DNA from: an uncultured bacterium
GTDB taxonomy: Bacteria; Verrucomicrobiota; Verrucomicrobiia; Limisphaerales; UBA8199
Direction: 5' to 3'
DNA: 64,000 nucleotides
Assembly (NCBI GenBank): GCA_963749495.1
Contig: CAVVMW010000022.1
Span: forward strand, 522,628-586,627
Shown here: piece after piece, positions 21,903 to 32,409 of the stretch
Layout: each line of letters opens with the position of its first letter
Numbering within the stretch: the first letter of the stretch is position 1
Program-made: the position numbers and the translations under genes
Notes under the pieces: generated by a model
The model's input: only the letters and a program-made list of their open reading frames with translations
Told to the model about the DNA's origin: nothing
Databases searched by the model: none

Positions 21903-24900
21903 ATGACCGAGACCATAGCGACCCGAAGCGGGCTGGCGCTGGAAGTCGGCGCGCAGGCGCGCGAGCAGACCATCGAGATCCATCTCCGGCTCAAGAGCCA
22001 GCGCAATTGCGTGCTGCACTGGGGCCTGAGGCAACCGGGCCAGGAGGGCTGGCGGCTGCCGCCCCAGGAGGCCTGGCCTGCCCGGACCCAGTTGGCAGGA
22101 GCTGCTGCGCAGACTCCCTTTGCGCGAGAGGATGGCCAGGAGACCGTTCTGATTCGCCTGCAGGCACCGGCCGCCTACTCGTCTCTGGATTTTGTCCTGT
22201 TCTTTCCGGACCAGCGGGCCTGGGACAACAATGGCGGCCAGAATTATCGCATCCAACTCCCCGGAGGCGCGCCGCCGGCCCTTCAACTGGATTCGGCCCT
22301 CAAGCAATACATCGGCCAGAAGAAGGCCCTGTTCCAGCGCGTGTTCGAGGTCGAGCCCCACGGGCGCCTGGCGGTGGTGGCCACTCGGGAGGACGGGCGT
22401 TTCGCGGTCCAGATGCTCAGCGACATCCCCGGGCTGCTGCTGCACTGGGGCATCGCCCGTTATTCGTCCTATGAGTGGTTTGCCCCGCCCCCGGCGCTCC
22501 GTCCGGAGGGGACGACGCTCTGGGAGGGCCACACGGCCCAGACGCCTTTCACCACGCAGGAGGGCCTGAGCCGGCTGCGGCTGGAGATACCCGAGGCCGA
22601 GGCGCCGATGGGGCTCCAATTCGTGCTCAAACAAACCGAACCCAGTCGCTGGTTGCGCTACCGCGGCGGCAACTTCTTCGTCCCCGTCCGGGCCGACTAC
22701 GAGCAAAAGGCCGGGGTCAGCTCGCCGGAGTTGGCCGGCATCATGAACCAGATTGTCCAGGAGGAGATGGGCCGGAATTCCTGGACGCTCATGCACCGGT
22801 TCAATCTCTGCCACGACCTGCTGGACCGGGTGGCGGGCAACGCCGACGGTCTGGCCCTGCTTTTTGTCTGGCTGCGCTACTCAGCCCTGCGCCAGCTCAC
22901 CTGGCAGCGCAACTACAACACCCAGCCCCGCGAATTGAGCCACGCCCAGGACCGGCTCACGCAGAAGCTCGCCCAGTTCTACGGCCAGGACCCGCCCAAC
23001 CGCCCGCTGCTGCGCCTCATGCTGGCCAGCGTCGGCCCTGGCGGCGAAGGCCAGCGCATCCGCGACGAGATCCTCAACATCATGCACCGCCACCATGTCA
23101 AGGAAGTCTCCGGCCACTTCCTGGAAGAATGGCATCAGAAGCTCCACAACAACACGACCCCCGACGACATCGTCTTGTGCGAGGCCTACCTCGAGTTCCT
23201 TTACTCCAACGGCAACCTCGACCGCTTCTACGAAAAACTCCAGGAAGGCGGCGTCACCCGCGACCGCCTCCAGGGCTTCGAGCGCCCCATCCGCAGCAAC
23301 CCCGATTTTGTCCCCCACCTCAAGGACGCCCTCATCCCGGATTTCCAGAATTTCCTGCGCGTCCTGCGCTCCGTCCATGGCGGCACCGACCTCGAGACGG
23401 CCATTCATGCCGCCCACTCTCAGTGCGACGGCGATACCCAGGGCCTGCTCTGGCGCATCTGGGAGCATCGCGACGGGCAGGTGTCGCTGGTGGACCTGGC
23501 GGCGGAGATCACCGAGGCGCGCCGCCGCTTGCAGCCGCGCCTGGCGGGCGGCGCCTCCGCCCGCGCCCTGCTCTACCTGGACCTGGCCCTCGAGCAATTC
23601 CTGCGCCTCATGGTCGAGCGCAACCTCCAGCAGGTGACCGGCGGCGACGCGATGGTCGATCTCATCGCGCACGTGATCGAGAACCGCCTCCTTTCCACCG
23701 AAGACCAGGAACTGGCGGCCTGCCGCAGCCACTGGCTGCGGCTCAAGCAGCAGCCGCGCCTGGGCGCCGACTGGTCGCTCCACGCCAAATCGGTCGTCGA
23801 CCGCATCGGGCGCGTGCTCAGCGGGTTGATCGACCGGACCTACCAGATGCTGCAGCCCAAGGCCGAGTGGCTGGGCCACGGCTTTCACGCGGAGGCCTGG
23901 GTAGTGACGCTCTTCAGCGAGGAGGTCGTGCGAGGCAGCAGCCTGGACTTTGTGCTCTCGCTGCTGCTGCGGCGGCTGGAGCCGCTCCTGCGCCAGGCCG
24001 CGCACCTGGGCCATTGGCAGGTCGTCAGCCGCGGCGCCGGCGCCGGCTTCGTCCAGGTCGTTGACCACCTCCGCGCCGTCCAGGGCAAGACCTTCGATCG
24101 CCCCACCGTCGTCGTCGCCGAGCAGGTCAGCGGCGACGAGGAAATCCCGGAGGCCGTGGCGGCGGTCATTGCGCCGGATGTGACCGACATCGTCTCGCAC
24201 GTGGCAGTGCGGGCGCGCAACGCCGGCCTGCTCTTTGCCTCCTGTTATGACGCCGAGACTTTCAATCGGCTCAAGGCCCTCCAGGGCCGCGCGGTCCGCT
24301 TGCAGGTCAGCCCCAGCGGCGATGTCCTGATCGAGGAGACAGGTTCGGCCGAGACCCCGCCACGGCCACGCGCGCCCCAGGTCCGCCCGGCCAAGATCCG
24401 GCCCCCGTCCGAGGCCTGGGTGCTGGAGGCAACCCAGTTCGACCCCTCGGCCACCGGCGCCAAGGCCATCAACCTGGTAGGGCTGGACGGCAAACTCCCC
24501 GGCTGGGTCAGGCGGCCCGCCTCCCTGGCCATCCCCTTCGGCGTCTGCGAGCGCGTGCTGGGCGCGGCGCAAAACCGTGCTCTTGCGCAGCAGCACGCCG
24601 CGTTGCTCGAGCAGGCCCGGACCGACCCGGCGCGGGCCTTGCCCGCTTTGCGCGGGGTCATGCTCCGGCTCAAGGCCCCGCCCGAGCTGGCTGCGGCGCT
24701 GGCCCAAAAGGCGGCCGGCGCGGGCCTGCCCTGGCCAAAGGACCAGGACTGGGAGGGGGCCTGGCAGTGCATCAAGCGGGTTTGGGCCTCAAAGTGGAAC
24801 GACCGCGCCTTCTACAGCCGCCGCACCCAGGGCATCCCCCAGGAGGACCTGCTGATGGCGGTGCTCGTTCAGCAAGTCGTCGAGGCCGACTATGCTTTTG

Positions 24901-25376
24901 TGATTCACACCGTCAACCCCTTCACGGGCAACCGCCAGGAACTCTACATCGAGGCGGTGCTGGGCCTGGGCGAGACCCTGGTGGGCAACTATCCCGGCCG
25001 CGCCCTGAGCGCCCTCTACGACCGCAACTCGAGGGCCCTCACCCTCTTGAGCTATCCGGGCAAGAGCCTGGCCCTGCGCGGCGGCGGCCTGATCTTCCGC
25101 TCCGACTCCAACGGCGAGGATCTCGCCGGGTTCGCCGGCGCCGGGCTCTACGACAGCGTCCTGCTCCCCGCACCGCAGGCCACGATGGTGGATTACTCCA
25201 ACGAACGATTGGTCTGGGACGAATCCTTCCGCCGCAACCTGCTCCAGCGCATCGCCGAACTGGGCCTCGCCGTGGAATCCGCCCTGGGCGCCCCCCAGGA
25301 CATCGAAGGCGCAGTCAGCAAATCCGATTATTTTGTCGTCCAGACCCGCCCGCAGGTCGGGCTGGAGCACACCTGA
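21903..25376 (+). CDS. Alpha-glucan water dikinase (GWD/R1)-like protein
   Basis: Two LHWG..FVL..W CBM45-like repeats; QLTWQRNYNTQPRELS, GQRIRDEIL, EEWHQKLHNNTTPDD, phospho-His SHVAVRARN, IKRVWASKWNDRA, FRSDSNGEDLAGFAGAGLYDS, QDIEG..VVQTRPQV. Confidence 0.9.
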   Translation: MTETIATRSGLALEVGAQAREQTIEIHLRLKSQRNCVLHWGLRQPGQEGWRLPPQEAWPARTQLAGAAAQTPFAREDGQETVLIRLQAPAAYSSLDFVLFFPDQRAWDNNGGQNYRIQLPGGAPPALQLDSALKQYIGQKKALFQRVFEVEPHGRLAVVATREDGRFAVQMLSDIPGLLLHWGIARYSSYEWFAPPPALRPEGTTLWEGHTAQTPFTTQEGLSRLRLEIPEAEAPMGLQFVLKQTEPSRWLRYRGGNFFVPVRADYEQKAGVSSPELAGIMNQIVQEEMGRNSWTLMHRFNLCHDLLDRVAGNADGLALLFVWLRYSALRQLTWQRNYNTQPRELSHAQDRLTQKLAQFYGQDPPNRPLLRLMLASVGPGGEGQRIRDEILNIMHRHHVKEVSGHFLEEWHQKLHNNTTPDDIVLCEAYLEFLYSNGNLDRFYEKLQEGGVTRDRLQGFERPIRSNPDFVPHLKDALIPDFQNFLRVLRSVHGGTDLETAIHAAHSQCDGDTQGLLWRIWEHRDGQVSLVDLAAEITEARRRLQPRLAGGASARALLYLDLALEQFLRLMVERNLQQVTGGDAMVDLIAHVIENRLLSTEDQELAACRSHWLRLKQQPRLGADWSLHAKSVVDRIGRVLSGLIDRTYQMLQPKAEWLGHGFHAEAWVVTLFSEEVVRGSSLDFVLSLLLRRLEPLLRQAAHLGHWQVVSRGAGAGFVQVVDHLRAVQGKTFDRPTVVVAEQVSGDEEIPEAVAAVIAPDVTDIVSHVAVRARNAGLLFASCYDAETFNRLKALQGRAVRLQVSPSGDVLIEETGSAETPPRPRAPQVRPAKIRPPSEAWVLEATQFDPSATGAKAINLVGLDGKLPGWVRRPASLAIPFGVCERVLGAAQNRALAQQHAALLEQARTDPARALPALRGVMLRLKAPPELAAALAQKAAGAGLPWPKDQDWEGAWQCIKRVWASKWNDRAFYSRRTQGIPQEDLLMAVLVQQVVEADYAFVIHTVNPFTGNRQELYIEAVLGLGETLVGNYPGRALSALYDRNSRALTLLSYPGKSLALRGGGLIFRSDSNGEDLAGFAGAGLYDSVLLPAPQATMVDYSNERLVWDESFRRNLLQRIAELGLAVESALGAPQDIEGAVSKSDYFVVQTRPQVGLEHT

Positions 25377-25640
25377 GTGTTCCGCTGAAATCGAGTTGTG
25401 CAAAGAGGCCGCCGCCGGTGCGTTTCTGGATCGTTTCGGCCACTTCAGCGACGCCCAGGAGAAACGCCTGGTCGAGCTGCGGGCTACGCTCGCCGCGCTG
25501 ATGGAGGAGTAATGACCCCCAATTTCGGACCTTTTTCGCTGGTGGTGTCGCCGCCTTTGTCGAACAAGGGCCGACTCGAGGAAGGCTGCGACAAAGGTTG
25601 CGACGAAGTTCTCGTTGCTGGTTTGCGCCCGGGATGCGTG

Positions 25641-26483
25641 TCAGTGACCCGTGCGAGCCTGCACCTTCTCCAGCAGCGTGGCGATGGTACGGCGTGGCGA
25701 TGGGGCGGGCTGTTTGGCATGTGCCGGAGCTGGGCGGAAGTGGAGCAGGCGCTGCTGGAACTGGTGGGCGAGGTTGGGTTCGCCGCGCGCGAGGCGCAGT
25801 AGAAATTGATCGCGCTCGGCGGCCGGGATCTGGCGCAACAGCGTCTCATAATCCGCCGGTTTGGGAGTGGGCAGTGAGGGGCTGGCTTGAGCCGCTACCT
25901 TGACCAAATCCTCCTCAAGTTCGAGAAAGTCGGCCAAGGCCCGCAGGGGACGGGTCAGTTTGCCCAGATTCGGCGGGACCGGCGGTTCCACGGGAGCCGA
26001 TTCTTCATCGTCGTAAGGGAGCAGTTGAGCGCATCGGAGCCATGCCAGGTAAAGGGGACGGCAATCCCCCTCGAGCAACGATTGCCGGAGGGGCAGGAGC
26101 GGCGCCAGCATACCCTCGCCCTCGACCCACTCACCCGACGGTTCGTCGTCCACCCTGATGTTGACCACGAGGCGCTCGCCCCTGGTCTGAACGGAGATTG
26201 CGTCCTCCAGGCAATAGGGCTTGAGGGTGGCGGCTTTTACGCCGGTGCGAGGCAGGCGGTACATGAGCTGGCGCGAGCCAAAATTCGTCACATAAAGCAT
26301 GGCATCGAAGTAACGCGCCAGGATCTCCTCCGCCTCGGCGGGGAAGTCACCATAGTTGTATGTGAAAATCGCGCTGGTGGAGGTCATTTCGACCCGGCTG
26401 GAGAGCGCCCCGACCTTATCCTGCTCCTGCGATGTGAGCGGTCGATCCACCGCTTGAAATTCATAGAATTGATATTCGCTCAT
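25641..26483 (-). CDS. Conserved hypothetical protein (MSEYQ.YEF.A.DRPL family), possibly C-terminally shortened
   Basis: MSEYQFYEFQAVDRPLT, YNYGDF, FDAMLY..NFGSR, GDCRPLYLAWL, EPPVPPNL. Confidence 0.7.
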   Translation of the reverse strand: MSEYQFYEFQAVDRPLTSQEQDKVGALSSRVEMTSTSAIFTYNYGDFPAEAEEILARYFDAMLYVTNFGSRQLMYRLPRTGVKAATLKPYCLEDAISVQTRGERLVVNIRVDDEPSGEWVEGEGMLAPLLPLRQSLLEGDCRPLYLAWLRCAQLLPYDDEESAPVEPPVPPNLGKLTRPLRALADFLELEEDLVKVAAQASPSLPTPKPADYETLLRQIPAAERDQFLLRLARGEPNLAHQFQQRLLHFRPAPAHAKQPAPSPRRTIATLLEKVQARTGH

Positions 26484-26534
26484 AGCTGCTGGCGAAGACT
26501 GGCCGAAAACGACCCGCGACGCAATCAAAGAGGA

Positions 26535-26785
26535 AACCACGGAACACACGGAGAACCAGAGGTGGGCGATTTCCCTGCCGTTTGTTCCGTGGTTTCCTGT
26601 TCGGCTGCGCGTGGCCGACTTTGCATTGCTATAATCGAAGTTGCTCGCAGCCTGCGGAGATTCTTACCACGGATTTCACGGATGACACGGATTCTTTTCT
26701 ATCCGTGTAATCCGTGTAATCCGTGGTCCGTTCCACTCTTGGTTGCGGCTGCGCTGCTCTGCGTTCTTTGCGTCTCTGTGTTTTG
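26535..26785. repeat. Cluster of REP-like palindromes of 9-nt CACGGA-type units
   Basis: aaccacggaacacacgg..ttccgtggtt; accacggatttcacggatgacacggat..atccgtgtaatccgtgtaatccgtggt; ctctgcgttctttgcgtctctgtgtttt (related to 21115-21190). Confidence 0.75.
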
Positions 26786-26800
26786 ACTACCCTATCGCAC

Positions 26801-28034
26801 TCACTTCTCTTTCCGTTCGGCGGGTTGGGCGCGCCGGGGCCCGGCGGCATGGAGGTGGATGAGCGCGGCGACGGCTTCGTCGCTGGCTTGGGAGGCGCCG
26901 CTCTGGTTGATGCAGACCAGGAGGGCGAAATCGCGGCGGGGGGCGACCCAGGCGTTGGCGAAGTTCATGGTGTTGTCGCCCGCGTGATTCAGGACGGTGC
27001 CGCCGCCCCAATCGCGTTCCACCGCCAGCCAGCCCAGGGCATAGTCTCCGCTAAAGGGCGGAGTGTGGAGCTTTTGGTAGCTGGCCGGCTGAAGCAGCGC
27101 GGGCTGGCCCCGCGCGCCGCGCAGTTGGTCCGCGACGAACCTGGCCCAGTCCTGGATGGTGCAATGGACGCGCCCGGCGGGGCTGAGCACGGGCGGGTTG
27201 TCCATGGCCGGGCCGTTGGTGGGCACAGGCTGCCCGTTGCGGCCATGGCCCCAGGGCTGGTCCACACTGCCGGGCGTGCCCGTGCCGCCGAAGCCAACGC
27301 TCGTCATGCCCAGCGGGCCGAACACCTCGTCCCGCATGGCCTGCTCCCAGGACTTGCCGGTGATTCTCTCGATCATGGCGCCGACGATGCTGTATCCCAA
27401 ATTCGAGTACCTCGTAGTGCGTGCCCGGCTCGTGCTTCGGGGCCTTGCTCAACTCATCCTTGACCACGCGCAACCGCTCCTTGGCGCCGTCTGCGCCCCC
27501 ATAGACCACCAGGTCAGGGTTCGGCTTGAGCCCGGAACGATGGGAGAGCAGTTGCAGCACGGTGATAGCCCGGGCCTCGGTGTGAAAGCCCGCCGAGAGG
27601 TCCGGGAAGATTTCCGCCGCGGTGCTGTCCCACCGGAGCCGTCCCTTTTCGACCAGCCTCGCCACCAGTGTGGCCGTCATGGCTTTGGTCTCGGACCCCA
27701 AGTGCCATTGGTCGTCGAGGCCCGCGGCGATTTCAGTTCCTTTCTTGCGCGTGCCCACTACGCCGGAGGTGACCAACCCCTTGCTGGTGACGATAGCCGC
27801 TGCGATGGCGGGCAGGTGGTGCTTCTGGCGAATGGGCACGAGCAGGCTCGTCACCGCCGGGTCGCCGGTGGCCGGGCACAGGCCGTCCCTGGCGGGCGCC
27901 AGCTCGGGTTGCCCCGCTTCATAGGCCCACCCCGAAAAGACCGCGGCAGCGGCACAAAGCACAACGCCCCCCGTTGCGCCCAGCCACTTCGCGCCATCTC
28001 TTAGGGCGCGCCGGTGTCTCGTCCGGCATTTCAT
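26801..28034 (-). CDS. Serine hydrolase (beta-lactamase class C-like), apparent frameshift at ~27411
   Basis: HLGSETKAMT (SxxK), LLSHRSGL, YE(Y)SNLGY across the shift, PAG, NHAGDN. Confidence 0.85.
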
Positions 28035-28162
28035 ATTTCCATCCCACTGGCGAGCATTGTCGGTCTTCACCCCCTCCATCCCCGGCGAAGTTGCTCACAA
28101 TGTAACGGCAGAATAAGCAGACGGGCGCGCGACTGCAAGGCGGGGGTGTTTGAAAGACGGCC

Positions 28163-28350
28163 TGGCAGAAAAATGAGATGGCAGAAAAATAGGAAAGAAA
28201 CTCATTCCCGCGGCCTCATCTTTCTGCCCCCATTTTTCTGCCTCGTCTTTCGGGGTTGCCGGGCGTTCGTTTTTGGCCGAGTTGAGGCAGAAAAATGGGG
28301 GCAGAAAGATAAGAAAACCATTTCTCTGCCATCTCATTTTTCTGCCAGAG
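28163..28350. repeat. REP family GGCAGAAAAATG (partial copy ~42170-42200)
   Basis: ctggcagaaaaatgagatggcagaaaaat ... ctgccatctcatttttctgccag nested palindromes. Confidence 0.8.
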
Positions 28351-28504
28351 CAGGTTTTGCTCTCCCGAAACGAAGAAACACGCGTAAAGCGGATCGGCAA
28401 CAACATCGGCAATACGCCAGCCAATATCCCTCTATGAAAGCAACTGCATACTTGCCATCAGGCCAGTTATACATTCTATTGGATCGGCAATCACATCGGC
28501 AAAA

Positions 28505-29722
28505 ATGACTCGAAAATCCGCCAGCAGGACGCGTTACGATCACCCATCGGACATGGAGCCGCTCCTGCCTGTCGAGAGCGACAGCCAATCATCGAGCCTG
28601 GCGTTGGCGCTCATACGCGGCGCCGAACGGCTCCGCGGTTCACTGCCCCCGGCCACTCGCAGCCTGGTGGCACACCTGGTGCGCTCGATGAACAGCTACT
28701 ATTCGAACCTCATCGAGGGCCATCGCACCAGGCCGAGTGACATTGACGCCGCACTGAGAAGGGATTTTTCGGCGGACCTGGCTCAACGGTCCCTCCAGAT
28801 GCTGCACCTGGCCCATATGGAAGCCCAGGCAGAGATGGAAGCCAGGGTGGCGGCCATGGCGGCGGGCGATATCTGCTCGACCGATTTTCTTTGCTGGTTG
28901 CACGAGCGGTTCTATCAGCGGCTGCCGGAAGAGTTGCGCATGGTCCAGGATGAAAAGGGAAAGCGCCACGAGGTCCAACCCGGCAAGCTCCGCCAGGGCG
29001 AGGTGAGTGTCGGGCGGCACATGGCGCCGGCGAGCAGGAACCTCGGCGCGTTCCTCAAGCGGTTCGCGGAGTTTTATGGTCCGTCGGTCGCGACCGAACC
29101 GGGCAGCCTGATCGCCGCCGCCGCCGCTCACCATCGGCTGACCTGGATCCATCCGTTCCTGGATGGCAACGGCCGCGTGGCCCGGCTCTTTACGCAGGCC
29201 TGGTTTGTGAAGGCGGGCACTGATAGTGATGGGCTTTGGACCGTCTCGCGGGGCCTGGCCCGGCGGAAGGCGGATTACCAGGCTGCGCTTGCCGGAGCCG
29301 ATGAAAAGCGGATGAACGATTACGACGGCCGCGGCTATCTCTCGCAGCGCTACCTGGGCGAATTCTGCCGGTTCTTCCTAGGCATCGCAGTCAACCAGGT
29401 CCGGTTCATGGGGGACCTGCTGGCCCTGGATGGCCTGCTCAACCGCATCGCCGGTTATGCCGGGCGGCGCGAGTCGGCCGAGGAGCTTCCGCGCGGCTCC
29501 GCGCGGGTGCTCACGGAGGTCTTTCTGCGCGGCGAAATCACGCGCGGCAACGCGTGCCGGATCATTGGCGTCTCGCCACGCACCGCGCAGAAGGTCACTG
29601 GCGAGCTGCTCTCCCAGCGGTTGCTCACCTCCGCCTCCCCGAAGGGACCGTTGCGCCTGGGTGTGCCTGGCGCCGCCGCCGCCCACTACTTTCCGGACCT
29701 GTATCCAGCGGGCGCGGACTAA
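28505..29722 (+). CDS. Fic family protein
   Basis: MNSYYSNLIEGH and Fic motif HPFLDGNGRVAR; C-terminal HTH-like region. Confidence 0.92.
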   Translation: MTRKSASRTRYDHPSDMEPLLPVESDSQSSSLALALIRGAERLRGSLPPATRSLVAHLVRSMNSYYSNLIEGHRTRPSDIDAALRRDFSADLAQRSLQMLHLAHMEAQAEMEARVAAMAAGDICSTDFLCWLHERFYQRLPEELRMVQDEKGKRHEVQPGKLRQGEVSVGRHMAPASRNLGAFLKRFAEFYGPSVATEPGSLIAAAAAHHRLTWIHPFLDGNGRVARLFTQAWFVKAGTDSDGLWTVSRGLARRKADYQAALAGADEKRMNDYDGRGYLSQRYLGEFCRFFLGIAVNQVRFMGDLLALDGLLNRIAGYAGRRESAEELPRGSARVLTEVFLRGEITRGNACRIIGVSPRTAQKVTGELLSQRLLTSASPKGPLRLGVPGAAAAHYFPDLYPAGAD

Positions 29723-29940
29723 GTGGTCATGAACATAAATAGCGCCTGTCCCCAAAGCTCTGATTCCGGACCTTTGTCGCAGCCTGTGTCGGCAGCTTTG
29801 TCGAGAAATGGCCAATCCGACAAAGGTTACGACAAAGACTGCGACAAAGGTCCCCCCCTCGGGGGGTTTTTGGGACAGGCTCTAAATACGATGACGGGGG
29901 TGCTTGACGGGAAGGGGGGCGTAAAACATAGTATTACAAC

Positions 29941-30168
29941 ATGGTCAAGACGATTCGCAAAGTCGGCAATTCGCAGGGCATCATCTTTGATTCGGCATTG
30001 ATGGAATTGGCGCACCTCAAGCTCGGCGATGAAGTGAACGTAGAGGTCCACGTTGGCGGCACCGTCACGCTCACACCCCTCCGGCCGAGGCCCTCGCGCG
30101 CGGAGGTCACCCGGGTCATCAAGTCCACATTGAAGGACTACGCGCGCACGATGAAGAGGCTCGCGTGA
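29941..30168 (+). CDS. AbrB/MazE-type antitoxin
   Basis: IRKVGNSQGII..LKLGDEV; GTGA overlap with the doc-like gene. Confidence 0.88.
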   Translation: MVKTIRKVGNSQGIIFDSALMELAHLKLGDEVNVEVHVGGTVTLTPLRPRPSRAEVTRVIKSTLKDYARTMKRLA

Positions 30169-30572
30169 AGCCCTCGCCGGACAATTGTTTCCACCTCACC
30201 GTGGAGATCGTGCGCGAGATTCACGCCCAGGCCATCGCGGAGTTCGGCGGCCCACACGGCGTGCGCGACGCGGCCTTGTTGGAATCCGCGGTGGCCGCGC
30301 CGCATGCGAGCGCGGGCGGGAAGTCGCCCTATGCCGACCTGGCGGAGGTGGCGGCGGCCTATCTGTACTACCTGTGCAGGAACCATCCGTTCGTCAACGG
30401 CAACAAGAGGGCGGCGCTCGGGGCGTGCATCGTGTTTCTCCGCCTGAACGGGTTGGAACCGCAAGCCGATGGACCAGCATGGGAGCGCTTGGCCGTGTCG
30501 GTCGCGACAGGCGCCGTGGATCGCGCGGAGACAACGGCGCGCCTGCGCGGGTTATTGCCGAAAGAGACCTAA
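30165..30572 (+). CDS. doc: Doc (death-on-curing) family toxin
   Basis: FGG..GVRD.ALLESA, NHPFVNGNKRAA. Confidence 0.9.
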   Translation: MKPSPDNCFHLTVEIVREIHAQAIAEFGGPHGVRDAALLESAVAAPHASAGGKSPYADLAEVAAAYLYYLCRNHPFVNGNKRAALGACIVFLRLNGLEPQADGPAWERLAVSVATGAVDRAETTARLRGLLPKET

Positions 30573-30712
30573 CCGCGAGGCAGAGCAGGAAAGCCGGCTC
30601 ATTCTCTCCAAAATCAATTCACATTGTGACATTTCCTTTGCACACGCGCGGGCTTGCGTGAGGCAATTCCTCGTTGCACTCCGGGCCGGAGCCGGGTCAC
30701 ACTGGGGGCGGT

Positions 30713-32407
30713 ATGCGATCTCCGACGATCACCGCGCTGAGCGCGATTGAAATCTCTAGGCAAACCAGGCTCTTGCCGATCGAGGCCGTGGCCGCCAAAC
30801 TTGGCATCCAGGAAGAGGCCCTGGAGTTCTACGGCAAGACGCGGGCCAAGATCTCTTTGGACCTCTACCACCGGCTCCAGGACGCCCCCACCGGCAAGCT
30901 CATCCTGGTCACCGCCATCAACCCGACCCCGGCCGGCGAAGGCAAGACGACCACCAGCATCGGCTTGACCGACGCCCTCTGGCGGCTGGGCCGCAGGGCC
31001 GTCGTTTGCCTCCGCGAACCCTCCGTCGGCCCGTGTTTCGGCGTCAAGGGCGGCGGCACCGGCGGGGGCTACGCCCAGGTGGCGCCGATGGAGGACATCA
31101 ATCTGCACTTCAACGGCGATTTTCACGTTGTCACCTCCGCCCACAACCTGCTGGCGGCGCTGCTGGACAACCATCTGCACCACGGCAACGAACTGGGGAT
31201 CGACCCACGCCGCATCCTGTGGCGCCGCGTCCTTGACATGAATGAACGCGCCCTCCGCCAGATCGTCCTGGGCCTGGGGGGCAGCGCCAACTCCCTCCCC
31301 CGCGAGTCCGGGTTCGACATCACGCCGGCCTTCGAAGTGATGGCCACGCTCTGCTTTTCCGAGTCGTTGGTCGAATTGAAGGAGCGCCTCGCCCGCATCG
31401 TGGTGGGCTACTCCCGCACCGGCCAATTCATCACCGCGCGCGACCTCAAAGCCCATGGGGCCATGACGGTGCTCATGCGCTACGGCGTCCAACCCAACCT
31501 CGTCCAGACCCTGGAAGGCAACCCCGCCCTCATCCACGGCGGCCCCTTCGGCAACATCGCCCACGGCTGCAACACCGTCACCGCCACCAAACTGGGCCTT
31601 CGCCTGGCCGACTACACGGTCACCGAGGCCGGCTTTGGCGCGGACCTGGGCGCCGAGAAATTCGTGAACATCAAGTGCCGCAAAGCCGGGCTCCGCCCGG
31701 ATGCCGCCGTGCTCGTCGCCACGGTCAGGGCACTCAAATATCACGGCGGCGTCAAGCCCCCGGACCTCTCCAAACCCAACCTCCCCGCGCTGGAGGCGGG
31801 CCTGGACAACCTGCTCAAACACATCGAGAACCTCCAATCCTTCGGGCTGCCGGTCATCGTCTCGATCAACGTCTTCGCGGACGACACCGCTGACGAGTGG
31901 CAAGTCATCCGCCAGGCCTGTGTCAAGGTGGGCGTGCCGGTGGCGCTCTCGGAGCATTTCCACCGCGGCGGCGCGGGCGCGGAGGACTTGGCCGGGCTGG
32001 TCGTGCAAACCGCCGCCCAGCCCCGGAATGGCCCCTTGAATTTCACCTATCCCGACTCGGTGCCCTTGCTCGAAAAGGTCCGGCTCATCGCCCGGAAGGT
32101 CTATGGCGCCGACGATGTGGTCGCCGAGGGCCGGACTGCCGAAAAGCTCCGCTCGTTCGAGGAGGCCGGCTTCGGCCATCTGCCCATCTGCATGGCCAAG
32201 ACGCAATACTCGTTCTCGGCCACGCCCTCCCTGCGCGGACGCCCGCGCGGATTCACCGTCCCCCTGCGGGACGCCCGCCTCAACGCCGGACCCGGCTTCG
32301 TCGTCGTGTACTCCGGCGACATTATGACCATGCCCGGCTTGCCCAAAGTGCCCGCCGCCGAAGCGATGGATGTCGATGCCCACGGCAACACGGTGGGACT
32401 GTTCTGA
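30713..32407 (+). CDS. fhs: Formate--tetrahydrofolate ligase
   Basis: TAINPTPAGEGKTT, LREPSVGP.FGVKGG, HGGPFGNIAHG, VTEAGFGADLG, CMAKTQYS, IMTMPGLPK. Confidence 0.97.
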   Translation: MRSPTITALSAIEISRQTRLLPIEAVAAKLGIQEEALEFYGKTRAKISLDLYHRLQDAPTGKLILVTAINPTPAGEGKTTTSIGLTDALWRLGRRAVVCLREPSVGPCFGVKGGGTGGGYAQVAPMEDINLHFNGDFHVVTSAHNLLAALLDNHLHHGNELGIDPRRILWRRVLDMNERALRQIVLGLGGSANSLPRESGFDITPAFEVMATLCFSESLVELKERLARIVVGYSRTGQFITARDLKAHGAMTVLMRYGVQPNLVQTLEGNPALIHGGPFGNIAHGCNTVTATKLGLRLADYTVTEAGFGADLGAEKFVNIKCRKAGLRPDAAVLVATVRALKYHGGVKPPDLSKPNLPALEAGLDNLLKHIENLQSFGLPVIVSINVFADDTADEWQVIRQACVKVGVPVALSEHFHRGGAGAEDLAGLVVQTAAQPRNGPLNFTYPDSVPLLEKVRLIARKVYGADDVVAEGRTAEKLRSFEEAGFGHLPICMAKTQYSFSATPSLRGRPRGFTVPLRDARLNAGPGFVVVYSGDIMTMPGLPKVPAAEAMDVDAHGNTVGLF

Positions 32408-32409
32408 AC

